Shown here in pieces: positions 14,189-23,283 of a stretch of DNA of 64,000 nucleotides. The stretch is from NCBI GenBank assembly GCA_963796275.1, contig CAWCKY010000006.1, positions 1,184,001 through 1,248,000 of the forward strand. Reading direction: 5' to 3'. The notes below the pieces were generated by a model. It saw nothing but the letters and a program-made list of their open reading frames with translations, did not search any database and was not told where the DNA came from. The first letter of the stretch is position 1. Each line of letters begins with the position of its first letter. Origin of the DNA: an uncultured Acidobacteriota bacterium. GTDB lineage: Bacteria > Acidobacteriota > Blastocatellia > RBC074. The translations under genes and the position numbers were made by a program.

Positions 14189-14252
14189 ATACGAAAATCA
14201 GCCAACAGATTGCGAGAAAATCGGTGTATTGGGGCAGGACGGGTCACAGCAT

Positions 14253-14308
14253 TAAATAGACTGCGGAAGTGGCCACATCTCGGCCGTGGCTATTCCGCAG
14301 TCTATTTA
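14253..14308. terminator. Long hairpin (terminator or REP-like)
   Basis: TAAATAGACTGCGGAA...TTCCGCAGTCTATTTA 16-bp perfect arms plus inner pairing, between convergent ORFs. Confidence 0.6.
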
Positions 14309-14537
14309 CCTTTTGGACGTACCAAGGAAATATCCCCCACTCATTGAATGTCCATCGATGGTTGGGGAAAGGTTGTTAATCAATTGAGCAAATGAATCAT
14401 CACAAACGATCCGCATTTCAGACAAATATCAATTGATTTCCCTAACTCGTTTTTGTTGCTGGCGGCCGGGAGTAATATCAAATACGCCGAGATTGTGTTG
14501 GCAGAGGCATCGATGAGCGGCATAAGTTTCGGCTGTC

Positions 14538-15254
14538 TCACTCTGTGAGTATCGCCGTTTGCGGTCGCGTCCATTGAATCCAGACCTCGGCTGCAATGAA
14601 ATGCAGCACAAAGCCGATCCAAAACGCGGGGCCGAAAAATTCGTATGGCGTCAGCCCGGAAAATGGACTGGTGGCGAAGAAGACGGCGATGATCGGCCGA
14701 ATAGTGGCGACAGCCAGACCAATCGAGAAAGCGCGAATCATCCATTCTCGGTGCAGCGCGATTTCGCGTCTCAAAACATGTCGAAACGCTTTACCCAACG
14801 CGAACAAAAACCACACGCCAAACAGCGTTGTTGATGCTGCTTGATTGACGCCGCCGATGGCCGGCATCGCAAAGCTCATCACCAGAGCCGACACGCCGAT
14901 CACCGTGCCGCATAAAAATAAGATGCGACCGCTCCGCCGGTGCCATTGAAGATGTCGTTTGCGGAATCCTGAATTGAACTGCAACGGCCCCAACGCAATA
15001 AAGAGCAAGCCGGGGAGGATATGAACGAGCGTCAAAAGGGGATTGGGCGCGAACACGCCATCAAGCGCGGCGAACTGCGCCAATCTGGGATTGGATGGGA
15101 TAGCGGGCGGACTGTATCCATAGATCAAAATAGGCGCCAGGTGCACCATCCTCCGCACAACGGCGAATGCGCCGATCAGCGCTAGGAAGATGATTGCCCC
15201 CCACAAAATGCGGTGGGCGCGAATACCGGGTCTCAGCATTTTTAAATCTTTCAA
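14538..15254 (-). CDS. DUF2306-family membrane protein
   Basis: Multi-TM with 'HILPG...GPLQF', 'HRRSGR', 'HREWMIRAF' motifs. Confidence 0.8.
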   Translation of the reverse strand: MKDLKMLRPGIRAHRILWGAIIFLALIGAFAVVRRMVHLAPILIYGYSPPAIPSNPRLAQFAALDGVFAPNPLLTLVHILPGLLFIALGPLQFNSGFRKRHLQWHRRSGRILFLCGTVIGVSALVMSFAMPAIGGVNQAASTTLFGVWFLFALGKAFRHVLRREIALHREWMIRAFSIGLAVATIRPIIAVFFATSPFSGLTPYEFFGPAFWIGFVLHFIAAEVWIQWTRPQTAILTE

Positions 15255-15347
15255 TACTCTATAAACGTTGTAGCGTCCTTCTTATTAACAGGCTAATTAA
15301 CAGGCTAACAAATTTTTGCTCGGTTTAGCCCCCAGACGCAGCCACCC

Positions 15348-15398
15348 TTGACTTCATATCAGGGTGAGAGCATCCTTCCTATAGACTTACTATGGAAG
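15348..15398 (+). promoter_or_regulatory. Sigma70-like promoter with overlapping palindrome (candidate PadR operator)
   Basis: TTGACT-N17-CATCCT followed by imperfect palindrome CTTCCTATAGACTTACTATGGAAG (15375-15398). Confidence 0.5.
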
Positions 15399-15422
15399 AA
15401 AATCTATGAGAGGAGGGAATTT

Positions 15423-15773
15423 ATGAGAAAAGACGACAAGCAGCAGAAAGCTGAAATGTTGCCGGGAACTTTGGAGATGTTGATCCTCAAAACTCTGGAG
15501 AGAAACGCTCAACCGATGCACGGTTATGGCATAGCCCTGTACCTCAAACAAATTTCGCAGGACGTTCTCAAAGTGGAGGAAGGATCGCTCTATCCCGCAC
15601 TCCAGCGATTGGCGATAAAAGGTTGGGTGAAAGCTGAGTGGGGACAGTCTGACAACAATCGGCGCGCGCGTTTTTACAAATTGACGCCTGCCGGACGGAA
15701 GCAGCTCAGGCGGGAGGAGGCTGACTTCGAGCGCATCCTGGAGGCGATCTTGCGCGTCATGCAACCGGCGTGA
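15423..15773 (+). CDS. PadR-family transcriptional regulator (acidobacterial type)
   Basis: 'GTLEMLILKTL...MHGYGI...EEGSLYPALQRL...NNRRARFYKLT'; GGAGGG RBS. Confidence 0.92.
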   Translation: MRKDDKQQKAEMLPGTLEMLILKTLERNAQPMHGYGIALYLKQISQDVLKVEEGSLYPALQRLAIKGWVKAEWGQSDNNRRARFYKLTPAGRKQLRREEADFERILEAILRVMQPA

Positions 15774-15785
15774 AGAGTGTGAATT

Positions 15786-18452
15786 GTGTTGAATCAGCTT
15801 CTTCAGATCTGGCGCAGGCTGCTCTTCTATTTGAGGCGCGATCGATTTGACCGCGAGTTGGAAGAGGAGATGCGGTTCCACCTGGAGATGAAGGCTCAAG
15901 CGAACGCCGAGGCCGGGATGGAGCCTCTGGAAGCGCGCTATGCCGCCGGGCGGCAATTCGGCAATCAAACATTACTCCGGGAGGTGAGCCGCGAGATGTG
16001 GGGAGTCAGATCGATCGAAACGCTCTTTCAGGATTTGCGATACGGTGGGCGGATGCTTCTGAAAAACCCGGGGTTCGCGTTGATTGCTGTGTTCACAATG
16101 GCGCTAGGCATTGGGGCGAACACGGCCATCTTCAGCGTCATCAACAGCGTGCTGCTCAAACCGCTGCCTTACCATGAACCGGACCGCATCTATCAAGTGC
16201 TGAGGTGCAATCCGTCGGGCATGTCGACGACCGTGTCGGTTTCGAAGTTCTCGTTCTTTCACCAGCATAACCAAACTTTCGAGAGTCTGGCGGCGTGCGA
16301 CACGTTCGGGAGCGGGATCAACCTGCTCGCGGGCGACGAGGCGCACTTTGTCAGCGGCCTCAGGGTTTCCGCCGATTTCTTCCAGGTCCTGGGCATCAAT
16401 CCCCTGTTGGGCAGGTCGTTCACAGCGGCGGACGACCAACCCGGCGGCGCCCGCGTGGTTGTCATCAGTCATTCGCTCTGGAAACAGGTATTACAGGGCG
16501 ATCGGCAAATCGTCGGCAGGACCGTATCCCTGGGCGGCGAGGGGCACGTGGTTGTGGGCGTCATGCCGCCCGGGTTCCAGCCCAAACCCTCCGCTGAAAT
16601 CTGGATGCCGCTTCGCGCGGTTTTCGATGCGGCGAATAAGAGCAACGATTATATGATGCTTGGGCGGACCAAACCCGGCATCACTTCAGAGCAGTCGCAG
16701 GCCGATATGGATCGAGTGCTGACGTTGATGCGCAGGGATTATCCCGACCACGTGGGCGACAATGAAATGACGGCGGTCGTCAGATATAAGGACCGGCTTG
16801 TCGGAGACACGAAGCAGCCGCTGCTCCTGCTTCTGGGTGCGGTCGGGTTCGTGTTGTTGATCGCATGCGCGAACGTGGCCAATCTTCTCCTCTCGCGCGC
16901 CGCCGCGCGGAGCAGGGAGATGTCAGTCCGCGCCGCTTTGGGGGCGGGCCGATTCAGGCTGACACGCCAACTGCTGACCGAAAGCCTGTTACTGGCAGGC
17001 GCCGGCGCAGCCCTTGGATTGTTGCTTGCCCATTTCGGCCTGAAGTCTCTGCTCGCCCTGGTACCAGACAGTCTGCCGCGAGCGAGCGAAATCAGGATCG
17101 ACCCGCTGGCACTGCTGTTCATGCTCGGTGTTGCGGCGGCGGCCGGAATCGTATTTGGACTGGCTCCGGCGCTCAACGCGGGCAGGCAGAATTTGGCGAA
17201 TGCGTTGCGCGAAGGCGGCGGCCGGACGTCTGGCACCGCATCGACCGCGCGGATACGCAACATCTTCGTCGTCTTGGAGATCGCCCTCTCGATGGTCCTC
17301 TTGATTGGGGCCGCTCTCCTGATACGCACTTTCGCGAACCTTCATAATGAAAGCCTCGGCTTCGACCCCCACAATGTGCTCACAATGAGGGTTTCCCTGG
17401 ACGGTCAACGTTATTTGACCACGGCGGAAACTGATAAATTCTTTCGCCAGGTCTTTGAACGGATCAGGCAGATACCGGGCGTCGTATCGGCCGCCTATGT
17501 CACCGCTCTGCCGATAGAATTCAGCCCTGATCTGCCGTTCCACATTGAAGGACGGCGAGAGAACGCCCGGGGATCGGCGATCTATAAACACGTCACTCCG
17601 GATTTCTTTCACACGATGACTGTGCCGTTACGGCAGGGCCGCCTGATAGAGGAGCGCGACAGCGAAAACGCTCCCGGTGCGGTGATCATCAATGAATCGC
17701 TCGCCCGCCAGTTCTTTCCGAATGAGAATCCCCTTGGTCAGCTAATCACGGTGGGCAAAAACTTCGGGCCGGACTTCGCGGATCGCTCCCGCGAAATCAT
17801 CGGTGTTATCGGCGACTTGAGGGAAGAAAGCGTCGACCTTCCCCCGGCGCCGGCGGTCTACGTTCCGCTTGCCCAACGGCCCGACCGGGTGACCCGGTTC
17901 GTCAATAGACTTGGTGGAGCGACGTTCGTCGTAAAAACGAGACAGAACCCCGCAAACTTGCAAAACGCCGTGCGCGCCGCGTTGCGCGCCGCTGATGCCA
18001 CGCAGGCGGTCTCCAACATGCGGACGATGGATGATGTCCTGTCGGTGTCGCTGGCGAGACGACGATTCAACATGCTCCTGTTATCCGTGTTCGCGAGCCT
18101 CGCGCTGCTGCTCTCGTCGATAGGCATCTATGGGGTTATGTCGTATTCAGTGCAGCAGCGCACGCATGAGATAGGTATTCGCATGGCTCTCGGCGCACAA
18201 GCGCGTGACGTACTGTGGTTGATCATCCGACAGGGGCTGGCGATGACGCTGATCGGAGTGACGCTGGGTTTGGTGGCGGCTATTGCCTTGACGCGCTTAA
18301 TGGAAACTCTGTTATTTGGCGTAAGTGCGACTGATCCGCTGACATTTACCATGATTACGTTCCTGCTGACGTTCATCGCCCTGCTGGCTTGCTGGATTCC
18401 AGCGAGACGGGCTACGAGAGTCGATCCAATGGCGACTCTGCGATTCGAGTAA
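15786..18452 (+). CDS. ADOP-type (acidobacterial duplicated orphan) ABC permease, MacB/FtsX domains
   Basis: 'ELEEEMRFHLEM', 'QDLRYGGRMLLKNPGF', 'LLIACANVANLLL', 'EIGIRMALGA', 'PARRATRVDP'. Confidence 0.95.
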   Translation: MLNQLLQIWRRLLFYLRRDRFDRELEEEMRFHLEMKAQANAEAGMEPLEARYAAGRQFGNQTLLREVSREMWGVRSIETLFQDLRYGGRMLLKNPGFALIAVFTMALGIGANTAIFSVINSVLLKPLPYHEPDRIYQVLRCNPSGMSTTVSVSKFSFFHQHNQTFESLAACDTFGSGINLLAGDEAHFVSGLRVSADFFQVLGINPLLGRSFTAADDQPGGARVVVISHSLWKQVLQGDRQIVGRTVSLGGEGHVVVGVMPPGFQPKPSAEIWMPLRAVFDAANKSNDYMMLGRTKPGITSEQSQADMDRVLTLMRRDYPDHVGDNEMTAVVRYKDRLVGDTKQPLLLLLGAVGFVLLIACANVANLLLSRAAARSREMSVRAALGAGRFRLTRQLLTESLLLAGAGAALGLLLAHFGLKSLLALVPDSLPRASEIRIDPLALLFMLGVAAAAGIVFGLAPALNAGRQNLANALREGGGRTSGTASTARIRNIFVVLEIALSMVLLIGAALLIRTFANLHNESLGFDPHNVLTMRVSLDGQRYLTTAETDKFFRQVFERIRQIPGVVSAAYVTALPIEFSPDLPFHIEGRRENARGSAIYKHVTPDFFHTMTVPLRQGRLIEERDSENAPGAVIINESLARQFFPNENPLGQLITVGKNFGPDFADRSREIIGVIGDLREESVDLPPAPAVYVPLAQRPDRVTRFVNRLGGATFVVKTRQNPANLQNAVRAALRAADATQAVSNMRTMDDVLSVSLARRRFNMLLLSVFASLALLLSSIGIYGVMSYSVQQRTHEIGIRMALGAQARDVLWLIIRQGLAMTLIGVTLGLVAAIALTRLMETLLFGVSATDPLTFTMITFLLTFIALLACWIPARRATRVDPMATLRFE

Positions 18453-18485
18453 GTCCGCCCTTGTTTAGCAAGCTTTCGCATATCA

Positions 18486-18515
18486 GTAAACGCATTCAGG
18501 GTAAACGCATTCAGG
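18486..18515. repeat. Perfect 15-bp tandem duplication
   Basis: GTAAACGCATTCAGG x2. Confidence 0.9.
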
Positions 18516-18598
18516 AAAGAGCGTGCATCTCGCCACCTAGCAGGAACACGTCGTCGTCGGCCAGTGGCGAGGAACCCGCGAATTTGTTGATAGAACGA

Positions 18599-18882
18599 GG
18601 TCACTCACCCGCCACTAAGTTGCTTTGCAACTATAGTGGGGGCTTGTCGGGTAACCGATGAGCCTGGTTGACCAGACTAAGCTGGGGCCAAAAGGCTTGC
18701 AGCTACGATGTTTGAGTTAGGTTTAAACCGAGACACCCACGGATGCGATAGCCAGTCCGTGGCCACTGTCGTTTAGCGTTAAACAGCGGTTACGGGTAAT
18801 CGCCAGTGCGTTGAACTAAGAAGCTCAGACATCATTGTCGAGGCTAACTTAACGGCAGCAATGCCAGAGGCCCGAAAGGGCC
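18599..18882 (+). ncRNA. IscB-type omegaRNA / HEARO-like structured RNA, stand-alone
   Basis: Ordered hallmark motifs GTCAC..CCC, GGCTTG, GTTGACCAGACTAAG, CTACG, ACACC-CGGATGC-CCAGTCCG, CACTGTCG, TTAAACAG, CAGTG, CATTGTCGAGG-TTAAC, plus many complementary stems and two pseudoknot-type pairings. Confidence 0.85.
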
Positions 18883-18905
18883 ATTCTCACAATGCAAGTA
18901 GGGGG

Positions 18906-19649
18906 ATGATAATGGCCAAAAGAATATTTATTTGTGGATCATTGTGCCTGGCAATCTTTGGCGGCTTGATCCTTGGCAAGTATCGAACTACTGCCGCAGA
19001 CGACCATTGGCAGATACGCGGTGCGCTCAGCGAAGCCTGTACCTGCAGTGTGCCTTGCACCTGCAACTTCGGCCAGGGCCCGTCGCCACACAGCTACTGC
19101 CATGTGGTTTATGCCTACGACATCAAGGAAGGTAATTTTAACGGGATCAAACTCGACGGCTTAAAATTAGGAGCGATGGAGACGGCAAAAGGCAATGCCA
19201 TGTACCTCGACGCTTCAGCCAGCCCCGATCAGCGCAAAGCGATCGAAACGATCGCCCGACAGATGATGCGCGTTTCGAATGACCGAATGGGCGGGGCCAG
19301 CTTTCTCGGCATCAAGTGGGTGAAGATCAAGCAGGAATACAATGAAAAGCAGGATAAGCTGGACCTCGGCGGTTTCGGCGGCTTCAAATCCAATTACATC
19401 ATGGGCCGAGACAAAACAAAGCCAGTCATCGTCGTCAACAATACCGAATGGGCCATACGCGAAGCCATCAAAGGTAAGACTGAGTATCTGCGCGTTAAAG
19501 ATGAATACGGCAACGAGTATTCGGTGAAGGATTCCAACTCAAATCACGGCGACTTCGAGTACACCGAGAAGTCTCATCCCGGAAGCGGATGGCCCGCTTC
19601 CACATGCTCAGTCAATACGAAAGAGGGTGAGCAGAAACATAAACATTGA
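18906..19649 (+). CDS. DUF1326-family protein (Cys-rich, probably metal-binding, exported)
   Basis: Signal-like N-terminus, 'WQIRG..SEACTCSVPCTCNFG', 'MYLDASASPDQRKAI'; ORF-track start 18861 lies inside the RNA. Confidence 0.8.
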   Translation: MIMAKRIFICGSLCLAIFGGLILGKYRTTAADDHWQIRGALSEACTCSVPCTCNFGQGPSPHSYCHVVYAYDIKEGNFNGIKLDGLKLGAMETAKGNAMYLDASASPDQRKAIETIARQMMRVSNDRMGGASFLGIKWVKIKQEYNEKQDKLDLGGFGGFKSNYIMGRDKTKPVIVVNNTEWAIREAIKGKTEYLRVKDEYGNEYSVKDSNSNHGDFEYTEKSHPGSGWPASTCSVNTKEGEQKHKH

Positions 19650-20056
19650 ACTCGGCCAGGAAGAGCTTCCACAAAAATCACATACAGAGAGCAAATAGCG
19701 CAAAGAACACCTGCTATTCCTGGTGCAGTTCTTTTATGTTTTTGATGTCATTTTTTGATGTCATTTGGTGATCTTTGTGATGAATCTCCGGTAAATCTTC
19801 GCTACTCCTCTTTGAACCCCTTCCTTTCTGCAATTTTTTTCAAAAGATGTAGTGATTAATTGTCATGTTTTAGAGGCCTCCATTCACTCAAAACATGAGA
19901 AAGAAATGCAACCGGCTTATTCCGCCAGACTGGCTTCACCCTTGTAATTAGGGGTGTTCCATTAAACAGTCGGGATCTTTTTTGACGATTGTCGCGCGGC
20001 ATCTCGTTGAGGGGGCTGGCATCAACACGAGGCCAAAGAAGCATAGGCAGGGACAG

Positions 20057-20422
20057 ATGTTGATGATCTCTAAAAAGCAGATGGAAGTTTTGCGACAGGT
20101 GGCGCGAGGAGAGTTCATTCGGAGAACGCTCGCAGTTCTCCGTGAAGCGGTTCCCGGCTTCCTTGCTGGAGTGGACGAAGCGACAGCTCTGAGACGGGTG
20201 GAGGATAGTGTCGCCCAAGCGGAAGCTTATGGGTTGTCCACCGAGCGCCAGGTCCGGGATTTCATCGCGATTGAGACGGTTGCGGGTGAGGATTTCGCCA
20301 GCAATCCGCGCTTCGCCGGAGCACGTGGGGCTCTTGCTGATTTCACTGTCTCACCCGCCGATCGTTTGGCGCGCGCACGCCAGCGTGTCGCCGAAGCCCT
20401 GGCGCAAAAGGACAAGGGATGA
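20057..20422 (+). CDS. Small protein resembling the C-terminal helical region of DUF4123 T6SS adaptors
   Basis: 'MLMISKKQM...FIRR...AEAYGLSTERQV..FI....GEDF..NP' pattern; ATGA overlap with downstream toxin. Confidence 0.55.
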   Translation: MLMISKKQMEVLRQVARGEFIRRTLAVLREAVPGFLAGVDEATALRRVEDSVAQAEAYGLSTERQVRDFIAIETVAGEDFASNPRFAGARGALADFTVSPADRLARARQRVAEALAQKDKG

Positions 20423-21871
20423 GCGAAAGTCTTTTCCCAGACCTGGGTGGCGCAGACCGCCCGGCCGATTCCACGGTTATACCGTGCCCAAATACATTAA
20501 CTAATTGGATCGACCTCGAATACCTCTATGCGGATGGGACAGGCGTCGCCGGGGCCTCTTACATCGTCCATATCCCTAATGGCGGACAGGTGGGCGGAAG
20601 CGTGCTTGCCCAGGGGACTCTCGACCGCAAAGGCCAGGCGCGCGCTGTCTTACCTGCTGAAATAGAAGGGGTCGCAGTCTATTTCCACGATGATCCGGAC
20701 GGAGCGCCCTATCGTGACGCCGATGCGGATAGCCCGATTCAGGAACCATATCCTGGCTTTTTCAGTCGTATCTGGGATGGGATAACTGATGGAACGAAAT
20801 GGGTGGGCGGTGTGTTGGCTGGAGATTTCAAGGAAGATTCCTCAACCGGCCAGATTGTCGCCAACATGATCGTGACGATGATTCCGGGCATCGACCAGCT
20901 TGGCGATGCCCGCGATATCGTTGCGAATCTCAAAAAGCTGATTTGGGATCGCCGCTGGAACGAAGCGGGGATGTGGCTCAGCCTCTTGCTATGCCTGATC
21001 GGGTTGATCCCCGAGCTCGGCTCTCTGGCTAAAGGAATCATCAAGGTTGCGCTGCGCAATACGTCCAAGCTGGCGGATCTGCTGGCAGTCTTCAACTTTT
21101 TCAAAAAGGGTAATGGAGTTCACTGGTTACGCGAGTTCGCCGAGAAACTGCCGACCGCACACGCGTCGGCCGCGGCAAACAAACTCAAAGAACTACTGGA
21201 CAGAGCCGCGCCCTATCTGCAACAGGCACGGAACCGCTGGTTCACGCCGCGGACGACGATCGACCGTCTCCTGAATAACATAGAAGAGGTCAAGCAACTC
21301 GTCCCCCAGAAGTTGAAAGAGGCTGCCGAATACGTCGCCGAAAAGATCGAGCAAGCGTTAAATGAAGTGAGGGAGTTGCTGCCCGGTAGTGCAAAAGAGC
21401 GATTACAGTTGCGCCAGGTTAGGGCAGCCCCTCACGAATCAATTCCTGTCCACGGAACGCCAGTATCCTCAACGCGTCCGAGAATTTTCGATCAATCACG
21501 AACAGGGAAACAAACTGGATATGGCCCAGGGATTGGGAGGCGCGCGTTACGAACTTGCCACAGGTCGAAAGATTTCAACGACAACGGTGGAGGGGGCCGA
21601 CCTGGTTGACCCGATAACTGGCCCATTCCAGCTCAAAGGGCCATTAGTCAATAAGAAGACCGGCCAGCCATTAATCATCAACGATAGGATGGTCGATGGG
21701 CTTGCTCAATCGGTTGGAGATGATTTGCGTTACAATACGTATACGAAAAGCATAGTTGTCGATACCATGGGGATGTCCCCCGCGCAGCGTGACCGATTGA
21801 AACGAGCTATCGATGCAGATCTCGCTGCACGGCCTGTGGCGCAACCCAAACCGATCATTATCCTTGAGTGA
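20419..21871 (+). CDS. Polymorphic toxin (FIX-like N-terminus, pre-toxin helical region, PD-(D/E)xK-like C-terminal nuclease), one frameshift at about 21390-21490
   Basis: 'WIDLEYLYADGTGVAGASY..GTLDRKGQA', 'GDFKED..QI..IPGIDQLGDARD', C-terminus in second frame 'GADLVDP..FQLKGP..IVVDTMGMS'. Confidence 0.65.
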
Positions 21872-21882
21872 GGTGACAATCG

Positions 21883-22299
21883 ATGGGACATTCTTACGTT
21901 AAATTCAGCGATCGGGTACAGATGATGAATGATATGGAGATCATTATCGCCGTCCATGTCATCCTCGATGTGACGCGGAAGACTCCGGACATTCCTGCTC
22001 CCCGAGTGACGGAAAACATCAAAATCTTGCTCGATTCCTGGGAGCACCTGATCGATGTCTATGGGCCTGGCATGGTTGGCTTTAACTTTAGTGAATATAT
22101 GCAGACGGATGAGGACCGTGACTGTCTGCTAAGATTGATTGACATCTCTCGTCGGAGGTTGCAGCAATTCGGTGAAGTAGTTCCGGGGGACTACCTGAAT
22201 AGAGTCGTCGACGCATCGGCGATACTCGAATTCGAGGATCGGCCGATAGCAAAGGTGCTCACCGCATTCGACAAATTCACCAAGCTTCTTAGCGGCTGA
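21883..22299 (+). CDS. Putative cognate immunity protein
   Basis: 138-aa acidic ORF 11 nt after toxin stop, GAGGTG RBS. Confidence 0.6.
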   Translation: MGHSYVKFSDRVQMMNDMEIIIAVHVILDVTRKTPDIPAPRVTENIKILLDSWEHLIDVYGPGMVGFNFSEYMQTDEDRDCLLRLIDISRRRLQQFGEVVPGDYLNRVVDASAILEFEDRPIAKVLTAFDKFTKLLSG

Positions 22300-22362
22300 A
22301 AAGCTATGTGCGGTGGAATCAAATGCCTGGGCAGCTTTCTTGTCGCGACCTACGCGGTTGAA

Positions 22363-23064
22363 TCAGCTCCGGGCCAATCTCACCAGGGTTGCTCGTGCCT
22401 CCTCGGTAGTTTTGATCGGCGAGTCGAAATCTATTCTCAATTTCCGTCCATCGGCTAACAGATCGATCCCTTCGCTATCGATCCCGATCATTAGCGCCGC
22501 ACCCGCTTTTACACCCTTCAGCGCCTCGCAATAATGAAATAGGGCAGGCTTGTGATCCTGATTCATATGCTGAATGATCATACGCTCGCTTTCGCGGAAA
22601 GGATTCCCGATAAGCATGTCATCTGGTTCGATCCAGTAGATCTGTCCAAAGCCTCCAATAAAACGCGCCCTCCGCAATTTGATTCGATAGAAAGAAAAAT
22701 CGTGCGTCTCAAAATATGATTCCGATGAAGGAAAGTATCGTAGATATCGATCGCGCGTCTCCGCATCGCGCGGATCGACCGGCTCGGCATCTCCCAACCA
22801 TGTCAGGCGACCGTTGGCCTGTGGATCATCGGCCTGCTGATCGAATACAGTGAGCGACACTTTATTGTTATGCTTGATATTACGCGTGTGCTGGGCAATA
22901 TCGCTGATGAGTAGGATCGGCTCGCCGTCATAATTGAGTGTATAAGGCGCGATCGAGCCAAATGGATATCCGGCAACATCCACCGAATGAGTTGAGAGCA
23001 CACCGACACTCTGTTGATTTAACAATCGTCTTGAATTTGATGCTTGGTCTGACATGGCCGCCAT
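22363..23064 (-). CDS. HugZ/PNPOx-like split-barrel protein with DUF2470
   Basis: 'GVLSTHS..GYPFGS', 'ISDIAQHTRNI', 'RFIGGFG', 'HMNQDH', 'GIDSEG'. Confidence 0.9.
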   Translation of the reverse strand: MAAMSDQASNSRRLLNQQSVGVLSTHSVDVAGYPFGSIAPYTLNYDGEPILLISDIAQHTRNIKHNNKVSLTVFDQQADDPQANGRLTWLGDAEPVDPRDAETRDRYLRYFPSSESYFETHDFSFYRIKLRRARFIGGFGQIYWIEPDDMLIGNPFRESERMIIQHMNQDHKPALFHYCEALKGVKAGAALMIGIDSEGIDLLADGRKLRIDFDSPIKTTEEARATLVRLARS

Positions 23065-23283
23065 TTTAACTGATTTATCTTATTTTGATGGTGATTCTGA
23101 TTGGAAACTCGCACCGGTTGCGGTTTAAAACGACGACGCTTCCCAGAATACCCCCGCAGATTCGGGCAGATAAAGTTCAGGAAAGGCGAAGAAGCATCAT
23201 AATTAGACTTTCTCCATCCAACTGATCGTGACATGATCAGCCTGTTCCAGCCTTCAAAATTACCACAGTGAAAGGGGCTCACC

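Noticed and set aside
18861-19649. ORF after the omegaRNA as an IscB/IsrB/TnpB nuclease
   Set aside because: No PLMP, RuvC or HNH motifs; it has a signal-like N-terminus and the DUF1326 Cys motif
19730-19785. TTTTTTGATGTCA duplication
   Set aside because: Two copies in a low-complexity T-rich intergenic stretch; no assignable function
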